NCBI GenBank assembly: GCA_021463485.1
Contig: JAJTYJ010000002.1
Span: forward strand, 32,673-96,672
Length of the DNA stretch: 64,000 bases
From: a bacterium
GTDB lineage: Bacteria; Patescibacteriota; UBA1384; 2-12-FULL-50-11
Direction of reading: 5' to 3'
Position 1 is the stretch's first letter. Each line of letters starts with the position of its first letter. The notes under the pieces were generated by a model that saw nothing but the letters and a program-made list of their open reading frames with translations, was not told where the DNA came from and searched no databases. Shown piece by piece: positions 35,498 to 44,202 of the stretch. Both the position numbers and the translations under genes were made by a program.

Positions 35498-36508
35498 ATG
35501 TTACTTTTATATCATATGGCAGAAAGAATTAACGAAAATACCGCTGGTGAGGCAGTTTTTAATCCTATAGACCAGGATTTCTTAGGAGAGTCATACCCGG
35601 AGATTTTAAAGGATAAAAACTCAGCTACACGTGTAGGAGGTGATGAATTTGAGAAGCCAGCCTCGATCTTTGGACTCCGGATTCTATTTATTTGGATAAT
35701 TACAGTGATCACAGCAACCAAGAAAGGTTTTTTGGGAAAGAATTTAAAGACCAACAGTTTTTGGTTTGACGGTATTAGCCAAATTTGTCGTGACGTTAAA
35801 GATAATGCTTATAGCTGGAGGGCACTAGAGATAATATACAACCTGCCTAACTACCTCTCTAAAAAAATGTCACTTGATAGAATCGCTCTTTATTGGAATG
35901 GTCTTGAAAATGCTAAGGCTGTTAGAAACAGGTTAAGATTAACAAAAGAAATCCTCAGTAGAGAAATTGTAAAAAGAAAATCACAAGATACGATACGATT
36001 ACTATCGATAGCCAGCGGATCTGCCCGTGCGGTATTAGAAACACTGGCTGAGGTCGTTGATAAACATCAGGTTAGTTTCGAGTTTAGACTCCTTGATCTC
36101 GATCCTACTGCGTCCGTTTATGCACAAAACTTAGCAACCGAGCTAGGCGTTGCTAATCGCTGCAAAATGATAGTGGGGAGTACGACTGATATGAAAAAAC
36201 TTCTAGGCAACTATAGACCAGATATTATCGAGATGGTAGGGTTTCTTGAATATAGAAATAGAGAGAAGGCAGTTAACCTACTAAAGAAGATAAAAGAATT
36301 ACTTGCACCAGGCGGGAGTATTATTTTTAGTCAGGTTAAACCAAATAGAGAAATGTATTTTCTAAGATTCGTAATGAATTGGCCGATGATTTACAGAACT
36401 GAGGAGGAGTTCAGGAAGATCCTTGTTGAGAGCGGCTATTATGATTACGAATTAGTGTCTGAGCCAATAGGAATACATATGGTTTGCAGCTTTCGTAAAG
36501 AAGGTTAA
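35498..36508 (+). CDS. class I SAM-dependent methyltransferase
   Basis: LLSIASGSARAVLE (motif I-like) and LAPGGSIIFSQV (post-I/II). Stop TAA overlaps the ATG of the kinase (TAATG). A possible alternative start is at 35516. Confidence 0.65.
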   Translation: MLLLYHMAERINENTAGEAVFNPIDQDFLGESYPEILKDKNSATRVGGDEFEKPASIFGLRILFIWIITVITATKKGFLGKNLKTNSFWFDGISQICRDVKDNAYSWRALEIIYNLPNYLSKKMSLDRIALYWNGLENAKAVRNRLRLTKEILSREIVKRKSQDTIRLLSIASGSARAVLETLAEVVDKHQVSFEFRLLDLDPTASVYAQNLATELGVANRCKMIVGSTTDMKKLLGNYRPDIIEMVGFLEYRNREKAVNLLKKIKELLAPGGSIIFSQVKPNREMYFLRFVMNWPMIYRTEEEFRKILVESGYYDYELVSEPIGIHMVCSFRKEG

Positions 36509-38781
36509 TGCAACAACTCATCGCGTTTACAGGGTTGATTATAGCAGTTGCAAGCCTAGCCCTAGGAGGACTAGTAGTATTCAGTAACCCAATCGCTGCT
36601 GTGAATAGGGTGTTTGGTCTTTTGGGTCTCTCACTTGCAGTGTGGGGATTCGGTTACTATAACTCCTTCTCGGCCACCGACCCGATCGCTGCACTTTTTT
36701 GGGCAAAAGTATTCATGTTGGGGGCTGCGTTCATTCCAGTCTTCTACTTGCATTTTGTTGTACTATTTATAAATAGATATCCAAAGTTTAAATTTTCGAT
36801 TGTATCTGGTTATATTCTTTCTACAACATTTGCCTATGCAAGCCTGGTTTCCGAAAACTTTATATCTCGAGTCGCCCCAAATAGGTGGTTCACTTTCTGG
36901 CCAATAGCTGGTGATTTTTATATATATTTTCTTGTTTTCTTCTTTGCTGCCCTTGTTTTCTCCATTTACTTATTATCAAGAAAGTCGGGGTTAAAAGCGG
37001 TAGATTTACTGCAGGAAAAGTATCTAATTATTGGGGCGACCGTAGGGTTGTTGGGCGGGGCAACAAACTATCCTCAGTGGTATGGCATCGATATACCACC
37101 AGTTGGTAACATACTTGTTCTTGCTTTTCCGGTTTCTATTACATATGCGATCTTAAAAACCAGATTATTCAACATAAAGGTATTGCTAACAGAAGTTGCA
37201 GTTGGCGCTGTGGTTTCTATTGCCTTGGTCCAGACTATTGCGCTTTCAGGTAGCCAATTAGTCACAGGGGGCCTCCTGACTTTATCACTTGCGGTCGGCG
37301 GAATTGTTCTAATTAAATCGGTTCGGACGGAAGTTGATAAAAGGGAAGAAATAGAGAAGTTAGCGAAGGAAAAAATCGAAACTCTTAAAGAGCTTGAGCA
37401 ACGCAATAAAAGCTTAGCAGCGTTGCAGCGCGTATCTGATATCGTCCTGAATGAGATGGATATGAAGGCGATGTCGCAGAAAATTCTCGACGAAATCCCT
37501 GTTCAACTAGAAAACTGCGTTGGCGCCTTCCTTTCGATCGTCCGCGGCGGTCACCTTGTCGCCTATACCGTCTCGACCAACACCTTTACCCGCAAAGTTT
37601 ACTCACTGGTAGGCGAAGATTTAGAGAAATATAGCTACCCAATAAAGAAGGAGTTTAACGGTCTACACGAGGTGCTCATCGAAAAAAGGATGGTCGAGGG
37701 TGACAGTCTGGATGCGTTTATCTGCCCGCCGATTAGTCGTCCGGTGGCGAAAACGCTACAGCGCTTGATCGGAGCCAAACATTTAGTAGCGCTGCCGCTC
37801 TATGCCAGCGGCGAGCCGCTTGGGGTAATGATGTTTGTTTATAAGGTCGAGAAAAGTCGGCTCCACGGGAAAGACGTGGAGATCGCTAAGGCGATCGCCG
37901 ACGACATGAGCTTGGCGATTCAACGCGCTCAGGCGTTCCAAAAGCTTAAAGACGCTAACGAATACCTTAGCCAATTAGACAAGATGAAGGACGAGTTTAT
38001 CTCGATGGCTTCGCACGAGCTCAATACGCCGTTAGCAGCGATCGAAGGCTATCTTTCGATGGTTCTCGACGAGGGGATGGGGAAAGTCGACGCTAAAAGC
38101 AAAGAGTATCTATCTCGGGCGTACGCCAGTAGTAAGCGTCTGGCTGAGCTGATTCTCGACCTTTTGAACGTCTCCCGAATCGAGCAGGGTCGTTTGAAGA
38201 TGAAGTTTTCCCAGGTAAGTATGGTTGAGCTAGCGGAGAGCGTAGTACATGAGTTACAGATTAAAGCTGATAGTAAAAAGATTTATTTGAAGATCGAAGC
38301 GGAAAAAGGCTTGCCAAAACTCTGGTGCGATCCCGACCGCATCCGTGAAGTAATCGTTAATCTAACCGGTAACGCGTTAAAATTCACCGACAAAGGCGGA
38401 GTTACAATCAGCATCGGTAAATCCGAGGGCGGTTTTATCCGGGTAACAGTTGTCGACACCGGTCGCGGTATCGCCAAGGAAGATCAAAAGAAGCTTTTCC
38501 AGAAGTTCTCTCAGGTTAAGCGTGAGATCGACGAACACCAGGGAACCGGACTCGGTCTGTATATCAGCAAGAACTTCGTGGAGTTGCACAAGGGTAAGAT
38601 TTGGGTCGAGAGCGAAGCGGGCAAGGGCTCGAAGTTTATCTTTGAGATTCCGCTATTGAAAGAAGCGCCGAAACAGCTTGAAGGGGCAATCTTAGAGAAG
38701 CCAATTACCGAAGCGCAAATTGAAGTCGGCACCAAAGACGTACCGACAATTATCGCCGAATCAGTAGACGGTAAAATTTAA
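36508..38781 (+). CDS. sensor histidine kinase (7TM sensor + GAF-like + HisKA + HATPase_c)
   Basis: N-terminal 7 TM helices. H-box ISMASHELNTPL, N-box NLTGNALKFT, G1 DTGRGI, G2 GTGLGL. Confidence 0.85.
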   Translation: MQQLIAFTGLIIAVASLALGGLVVFSNPIAAVNRVFGLLGLSLAVWGFGYYNSFSATDPIAALFWAKVFMLGAAFIPVFYLHFVVLFINRYPKFKFSIVSGYILSTTFAYASLVSENFISRVAPNRWFTFWPIAGDFYIYFLVFFFAALVFSIYLLSRKSGLKAVDLLQEKYLIIGATVGLLGGATNYPQWYGIDIPPVGNILVLAFPVSITYAILKTRLFNIKVLLTEVAVGAVVSIALVQTIALSGSQLVTGGLLTLSLAVGGIVLIKSVRTEVDKREEIEKLAKEKIETLKELEQRNKSLAALQRVSDIVLNEMDMKAMSQKILDEIPVQLENCVGAFLSIVRGGHLVAYTVSTNTFTRKVYSLVGEDLEKYSYPIKKEFNGLHEVLIEKRMVEGDSLDAFICPPISRPVAKTLQRLIGAKHLVALPLYASGEPLGVMMFVYKVEKSRLHGKDVEIAKAIADDMSLAIQRAQAFQKLKDANEYLSQLDKMKDEFISMASHELNTPLAAIEGYLSMVLDEGMGKVDAKSKEYLSRAYASSKRLAELILDLLNVSRIEQGRLKMKFSQVSMVELAESVVHELQIKADSKKIYLKIEAEKGLPKLWCDPDRIREVIVNLTGNALKFTDKGGVTISIGKSEGGFIRVTVVDTGRGIAKEDQKKLFQKFSQVKREIDEHQGTGLGLYISKNFVELHKGKIWVESEAGKGSKFIFEIPLLKEAPKQLEGAILEKPITEAQIEVGTKDVPTIIAESVDGKI

Positions 38782-38852
38782 ATAACGCCGATTGCCCCAC
38801 CCAATTTGCAAAGTCAATCATATTTGTTAGGGTAGAAACAGAAAGGGAACTA

Positions 38853-39287
38853 ATGGCAGATACATACAAAAGCATACTACTTGTTGATGACGACCTGACG
38901 CTTCGAGAGATGTACGCCGAGCGTCTCAAAGCTGAGGGCTTTAGTGTTGAGATGGCAAAAGACGGCGAAGAAGCAATTAGAAAAGCAACCGATTTACGGC
39001 CGAATCTAATTTTGCTTGACGTGATGATGCCGAAAATTAACGGTCTCGATGTATTAAAGCGGTTGAAAGAGCAAGAGGGAACGGGTGAGATCCCCGTTAT
39101 CGTCTTAACAGCACTTATCCAGGATCGTGAAAAGATGGAGAGCATTACTCGCGGCGCGGACGATTACATCGTTAAATCTGAGACGATGCCAGGTGACGTT
39201 ATCCAAAAAATCCACGCGGTACTTGAGAAGAAAGCGGCTGGCGAGGCTAAACCATCTGGTGAGACTCCTGCGGCGCCGGCACAGTAG
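38853..39287 (+). CDS. stand-alone response regulator receiver protein
   Basis: SILLVDDDLTLREMY...PNLILLDVMMPKINGLDV...PVIVLTA...K. No output domain. AAGGG RBS. Confidence 0.85.
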   Translation: MADTYKSILLVDDDLTLREMYAERLKAEGFSVEMAKDGEEAIRKATDLRPNLILLDVMMPKINGLDVLKRLKEQEGTGEIPVIVLTALIQDREKMESITRGADDYIVKSETMPGDVIQKIHAVLEKKAAGEAKPSGETPAAPAQ

Positions 39288-39293
39288 TGTCGG

Positions 39294-40622
39294 ATGAGCG
39301 CGTCCGATTATATTAAACTTCGAGGTGGCAAACCGTTAATCGGTGAGATTGTTCTGCGTGGCGGTAAAAACGTCGTACCAAAGTTGATGGTAGCAGCGCT
39401 ATTAACCGACGAACCGGTGATCATTCGGGATGTGCCCAAGATTGAGGACGTCGAGATAATGTCGACAATCTTTCGAAGGCTTGGTGTTGAAATCGAGGAG
39501 ATTCGTCCCGGCACCTTACAAATTACCGCAAAAAATATTCGCGAGATGAAGCCGAACGATCTTAAGGGCATCTCTGGCCGGAGTCGTATCCCAATTTTAA
39601 TGTGTGGCCCACTATTGCATCGTTTCGGTCGCACAGTGGTGCCGCACTCAGGCGGTTGCAATATCGGTCCAAGACCAGTCGACTTTCACGTTAAAGCGTT
39701 GCGTGAGTTGGGCGCAATTTACAACGAAAACGACGATAGCGGTTACTTTGTAACGAAAGGTCTGCGTGGAACGACAATTACCCTGGAATACCCGAGCGTC
39801 GGGACAACCGAGCAAGTGATCCTCTCGACAGTTCTGGCTGACGGATTAACTGAGCTTCATAACGCCGCTGTCGAGCCAGAAATAATGGATTTGATCTCCA
39901 TGCTTCAGAAAATGGGCGCGATAATTTCAGTCGACACCGACCGAACAATTTACGTGGAAGGCGTCGATTCGCTCTCGGGAACGGTTCACACCGGTATGCC
40001 GGATCGCAACGAAACCGCTTCCTGGGCGTGTGCGGCGATTGGGACCAACGGCCGTATTTTTGTCCGTGGCGCTCAGCAGCTGCCGATGATGACATTTTTG
40101 AACAAGTTTCGACAGATCGGCGGCGGTTTTGACGTTAACCGAGATGGGATAACTTTTTACCGAGAGAATGGGCACATCACCCCAATCACCCTCGAAACCG
40201 ATGTCCACCCGGGTTTTATGACCGACTGGCAACAGCCGTTCGTGGTGGCACTAACGCAAGCCAAGGGGCAGTCGGTGGTTCACGAAACAGTTTACGAAAA
40301 CAGGTTTGGATACACCGAGTCGCTGAATGATATGGGAGCAAAAATTAAAATTTTCGAAGAGTCTCCAGATCAAATTAAATCGCGGTTCGGCAAGCGTAAC
40401 TATCGTCAAAGCGTCACTATTGAAGGCCCAACCAAGCTTCATGGCGCCCAGATTGAGGTGCCAGACTTGCGGGCTGGGTTCTCGTACGTCGTAGCGGCGT
40501 TAATCGCTGAAGGTGATACGACGATAAGTAATTTCAAAGTATTACAGCGTGGCTACGAACACCTGGTGGCAAAACTTCAGAGTCTCGAAGCCGAGATACT
40601 CGAGATTAAAACGAGCTTGTAG
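39294..40622 (+). CDS. murA: UDP-N-acetylglucosamine 1-carboxyvinyltransferase
   Basis: EPSP-synthase fold. N-terminus LRGGKPLIGEIVLRGGKNVVPKLMVAALLTDEPVIIRDVPKIEDV and active-site region HSGGCNIGPRPVDFHVKAL are collinear with MurA. Confidence 0.9.
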   Translation: MSASDYIKLRGGKPLIGEIVLRGGKNVVPKLMVAALLTDEPVIIRDVPKIEDVEIMSTIFRRLGVEIEEIRPGTLQITAKNIREMKPNDLKGISGRSRIPILMCGPLLHRFGRTVVPHSGGCNIGPRPVDFHVKALRELGAIYNENDDSGYFVTKGLRGTTITLEYPSVGTTEQVILSTVLADGLTELHNAAVEPEIMDLISMLQKMGAIISVDTDRTIYVEGVDSLSGTVHTGMPDRNETASWACAAIGTNGRIFVRGAQQLPMMTFLNKFRQIGGGFDVNRDGITFYRENGHITPITLETDVHPGFMTDWQQPFVVALTQAKGQSVVHETVYENRFGYTESLNDMGAKIKIFEESPDQIKSRFGKRNYRQSVTIEGPTKLHGAQIEVPDLRAGFSYVVAALIAEGDTTISNFKVLQRGYEHLVAKLQSLEAEILEIKTSL

Positions 40623-41360
40623 CTACTCGAACGGATTTCCCTTACCGTACGAACCCTCTTTGGTAGCGTCTGGCTTAGTTGTGTAAACGCGAAGACCGCC
40701 GAAAATCGTTTTAGCTTGCTCAAGAATCTTTGCTGAAGTAATGCTTGTCTCCTGAGTTGGGGCTGGCTTTGTAAAGAACTCGGCCGTGACAGTTGTAGTG
40801 TACTTGTCGGCCGCTTTAGCGATATCGATTGAAGTAATTTTGTTCCAGCGTGAGAACGTTCGCAATCTAGCCAAGAGAGTCTTAAGCTGAGTGTAAGTGA
40901 TCTCTCCGTTGAGGGTAAATGTGGTTGTCGCGCTCGAGCCTTTTACGACCGGCTTGGTAGTGGTCGCTGCTCCTCCTGGTCGCTCTGCGCCGTCGGCGCT
41001 CGAGGTGCTAGAAACGGGTGTTGTGTTTTGGAACGGCACGGTAATCTTTACGCTTCCTAATCCCAGATCGTTCAAAAGACCCTCCAACTCCAGTAATAAT
41101 AAGTCGGTCTGGGCACTAACAGGTAGGGCGCGCTCGGCTAATTGATACGCATCATCCAATTGATCTGTCTCATCTTTTAGCGCTGCAATACTCTTGCTGT
41201 ACGCCTCGGCCGCTTCTAAATCGGCGTCTAACTGCTTAGATTTCTCGTTATTTTCCTTCAGCTGGGACAAAATCGGCGGGTAGAGTCGCCAAAGTGCGCC
41301 GAGCGCAACTACAAGAAAGATAATCGTTGTAACCCAAAAGAATTTACTTTTTAACAGCAT
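40623..41360 (-). CDS. pilO: type IV pilus assembly protein PilO-like
   Basis: N-terminal TM helix, coiled-coil (LDADLEAAEAYSKSIAALKDE), then a periplasmic domain. Position after pilN in a pilMNO operon. Confidence 0.6.
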   Translation of the reverse strand: MLLKSKFFWVTTIIFLVVALGALWRLYPPILSQLKENNEKSKQLDADLEAAEAYSKSIAALKDETDQLDDAYQLAERALPVSAQTDLLLLELEGLLNDLGLGSVKITVPFQNTTPVSSTSSADGAERPGGAATTTKPVVKGSSATTTFTLNGEITYTQLKTLLARLRTFSRWNKITSIDIAKAADKYTTTVTAEFFTKPAPTQETSITSAKILEQAKTIFGGLRVYTTKPDATKEGSYGKGNPFE

Positions 41361-41904
41361 CGGTTTGTACTCCTAGTTCAATTGTGAAATCAAACTCTTT
41401 ATTGTTGTTGGTGGCTACTTCGTTGAGTTGTTGGATAAATGGTGCGCTAAACGTCTTTTCTTCAGCAAGTTTACTTCTAAACAGTAGTACTGAGCGTCGA
41501 TCTGAGGAGATACCCTGAAGAATAATTGCTACTTTTTTAGTTTTCGAGTCGACGGTGCTTTTAATGCTCTTTAGTCGTACCTCGCTCGGGGTGGCTTTTG
41601 CGATACTATCGAGCGTTTCTTCCCATGCGAACGATTCTTGATACGTCCCCCGACTACTAATGCGATCGCTAATAAAGTTAGCTTTAGTAGCGATTTCGTC
41701 ATCTTTGTTCTTTTGTTCTGAAAGTGCGGCGATCCGATCTTCCTTGCCGGTGATATCAGCCGAAGCAGTTAAGTTATACGTTGCGAGTGCCGCCGCGCCA
41801 ACGAAGACAACGACGCCGACGATGATGTAAACCAACGCAATTAAGTATGATAAAGAAGCGATCCGGTTGCGCTGTTTATGCTCTGGCGGTAAAAGATTAA
41901 TCAT
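41344..41904 (-). CDS. pilN: type IV pilus assembly protein PilN-like
   Basis: MINLLPPEHKQRNRIAS plus a TM helix is the typical PilN start. Overlaps the pilM stop. Confidence 0.65.
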   Translation of the reverse strand: MINLLPPEHKQRNRIASLSYLIALVYIIVGVVVFVGAAALATYNLTASADITGKEDRIAALSEQKNKDDEIATKANFISDRISSRGTYQESFAWEETLDSIAKATPSEVRLKSIKSTVDSKTKKVAIILQGISSDRRSVLLFRSKLAEEKTFSAPFIQQLNEVATNNNKEFDFTIELGVQTDAVKK

Positions 41905-42950
41905 TTCGTCAGTTCTCGCATCGATAACCCAAAGCTATCAGCAAACGATGCGGCTATATCTTTTGGTACTGGGTAGTGCGGACTACTGATGTGCTGCATT
42001 GGGTTACCAATAATTACAGGTAAACCGGTTTCCTGCTGGACGTACCCAGCTACGTTTTGAATATTTGAGCCGCCGCCAGTTATTAGTATCTCCTCAATCT
42101 TGGCAGTCGGACAGATTCGGTTCTCAAAAAATTTGGTTACGTGAACTAACTCGTCAAAGATCGGCCCAGATTTCTTCTTGAAATTCTCTAGGTCGTTTTC
42201 GGGGTTGTTCGCCTCAACTTTTGTGCCAAGCGGAACCGAAGAAACGAGTCGTGGCGAGAGACCTTCAACGACGTTTACACCCGTTGCGCTGGCGCCCAAA
42301 TCTAGGATTAACCGAATTTTCTTTTCATCTGGCACCACGGCTCGAGCGATGGCCCCGGCTTTAATATCAACGCCGGCTAAGTGCAGCCCAGCAAGTTCCG
42401 CAAACTCTATTAACGACTCGATCAGCGACTTTTTCGCCGCCGCGGCAAATACAACGGCGCCGATAATGGTCGTGTCTTCAGGTTCGTTGCTGGTTGGTTT
42501 TTCAGGCGCTTTTGTTTCGGGCTTCTCTTTTGATTCTTGTGGCGTTGGGATATCAACGAGCGGGCGACAGAGGCTCGGGCTAATCTCGTAATCAATATAA
42601 TACTCGTCGAGATTAATAGATAATCGTTCCGCGATCTCGTACGGCAGTGCTTGTTCGAGATCTTTTTTGCTTAGCGCTGGAATGGCAACAGTAGTAGAGA
42701 ACACAACCAACTCAGGTAGTGCGATCATCAGTTCTTTACCGTTAATTGCGCCAGGTTTGGCGTTAGCGAGAGCGTCTTTGAGAATTTTAGCTATCTCTTC
42801 GCGTTGCTGGAGCTCTTCTGCCTTCCAGGGATCAGCCGGGGTGTTGGCGACGTTCATCCCAACGAGCCGGTACTGCTTGCCCTGTTTATTGAGGCCACAG
42901 ACCTTTAAAGAGTTGTACGCAATGTCGAGCCCGATTATTGTTTTTGCCAC
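41901..42950 (-). CDS. pilM: type IV pilus assembly protein PilM (actin-like ATPase fold)
   Basis: IIGLDIAYNSLKV..., actin/FtsA-like fold motifs (ILDLGASATGV, ITGGGS). GTG start preceded by a GGAGGG RBS. Confidence 0.8.
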   Translation of the reverse strand: MAKTIIGLDIAYNSLKVCGLNKQGKQYRLVGMNVANTPADPWKAEELQQREEIAKILKDALANAKPGAINGKELMIALPELVVFSTTVAIPALSKKDLEQALPYEIAERLSINLDEYYIDYEISPSLCRPLVDIPTPQESKEKPETKAPEKPTSNEPEDTTIIGAVVFAAAAKKSLIESLIEFAELAGLHLAGVDIKAGAIARAVVPDEKKIRLILDLGASATGVNVVEGLSPRLVSSVPLGTKVEANNPENDLENFKKKSGPIFDELVHVTKFFENRICPTAKIEEILITGGGSNIQNVAGYVQQETGLPVIIGNPMQHISSPHYPVPKDIAASFADSFGLSMRELTK

Positions 42951-42987
42951 GTTCCCTCCGTTATTACCATACCAAATTCACCAGTTA

Positions 42988-44202
42988 TTACCCACCAAAG
43001 TTTTGAACTAAGCCGTAAATCGGCCCAAGCACGGCTGCTACTACAAACGCGACACCGACACCCATAATAATCAGTAGCAACGGCTCCAGTAACGTTGACA
43101 GATTTTTTGAGGTCGTATCGACCTCCTTGTCGTAGAATGTGGCAATTTCAAGCAAAACTCCTTCCAACGTTCCCGACTCCTCACCAAGACTTGTTAGCTG
43201 TGAAACCATTGGGGGGAACAGCGGTTCACGATCAATCGCTGCTGAGAGCGACTTACCGCTTTCAACAAGCTTGTCGATTCGCTGGAAGGCAGCGTCGTAG
43301 TGAACGTTGCTAATTGTTTTGCGAATAATGCGGATCGACAGCAGTATCGGCAAACTTGCTTTAATTAACATCGCTAAGGTTCGAGAGAAGCGCGCCATAT
43401 AGACTTTTTTGGTTAGCGAACCGAATACCGGCACAGAGATCTTTAACCGATCGTAAAACGCCTGACCGGTTTTCGTTTTAAACCACAGCCGCATACCGTA
43501 AAAGGCGGCGATCACTATCGGCAAAATTACTAGAAAGTACTCTCGAATTGCCGTACTAGTGCCAAGCAAGATCCTGGTTAGTATCGGCAGCTCTTGCCCG
43601 GAATCGGCGAAAATACCTTCGAGACTCGGTAATACAAAGAAAACAATTAGCCCGGCGACACCGACTAACGAAAGAAGAATGATAATCGGGTAGATCATCG
43701 CTCCTTTAATTTTCCCAATCAAGTCAGCTTCCTTTTCCTGTTGATCGGCAAGATTGAGCAGTACATCCGAGAGTTGCCCAGTTTCTTCGCCGGCCTTAAC
43801 AACAGCGGTGTAAATTTCGGAGAAGACTTTTGGATATTTCATCATCGCTTTTGAAAGCGTTTGGCCGCCTTTGAGTTGTGTCGAAAGCGATTCTATTACT
43901 TCTTTAAAGTACTTCTGTTGAGTTTGACGCTTGAGCGCGTCGAGCGATTTAACGATTGGTAGCCCGGCCTTAATCATGACCGACAGTTGCCGAGTAAAGA
44001 TTATCTTTTCTTTAAGCGAAACCCGCTTCGTTAGAAAACCGATATTTAGCTTATGTCCTTGCGCGACCCCTTCGTTTAATTCGAGTACCAAGAAACCTTC
44101 GGCTCGTAGTTTCTTGGTCGCCTCGGTCACGCTCTCAGACTCGATCTGACCTTTTTGAGGCTTACCGCCAGACTTTTTGACCGTGTAACTGTAGATCGGC
44201 AT
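42988..44202 (-). CDS. pilC: type IV pilus platform protein PilC (GspF family)
   Basis: Two GspF repeats (FTRQLSVMIKAGLPIVKSL... and ARFSRTLAMLIKASLPIL) and three TM helices. Confidence 0.9.
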   Translation of the reverse strand: MPIYSYTVKKSGGKPQKGQIESESVTEATKKLRAEGFLVLELNEGVAQGHKLNIGFLTKRVSLKEKIIFTRQLSVMIKAGLPIVKSLDALKRQTQQKYFKEVIESLSTQLKGGQTLSKAMMKYPKVFSEIYTAVVKAGEETGQLSDVLLNLADQQEKEADLIGKIKGAMIYPIIILLSLVGVAGLIVFFVLPSLEGIFADSGQELPILTRILLGTSTAIREYFLVILPIVIAAFYGMRLWFKTKTGQAFYDRLKISVPVFGSLTKKVYMARFSRTLAMLIKASLPILLSIRIIRKTISNVHYDAAFQRIDKLVESGKSLSAAIDREPLFPPMVSQLTSLGEESGTLEGVLLEIATFYDKEVDTTSKNLSTLLEPLLLIIMGVGVAFVVAAVLGPIYGLVQNFGG

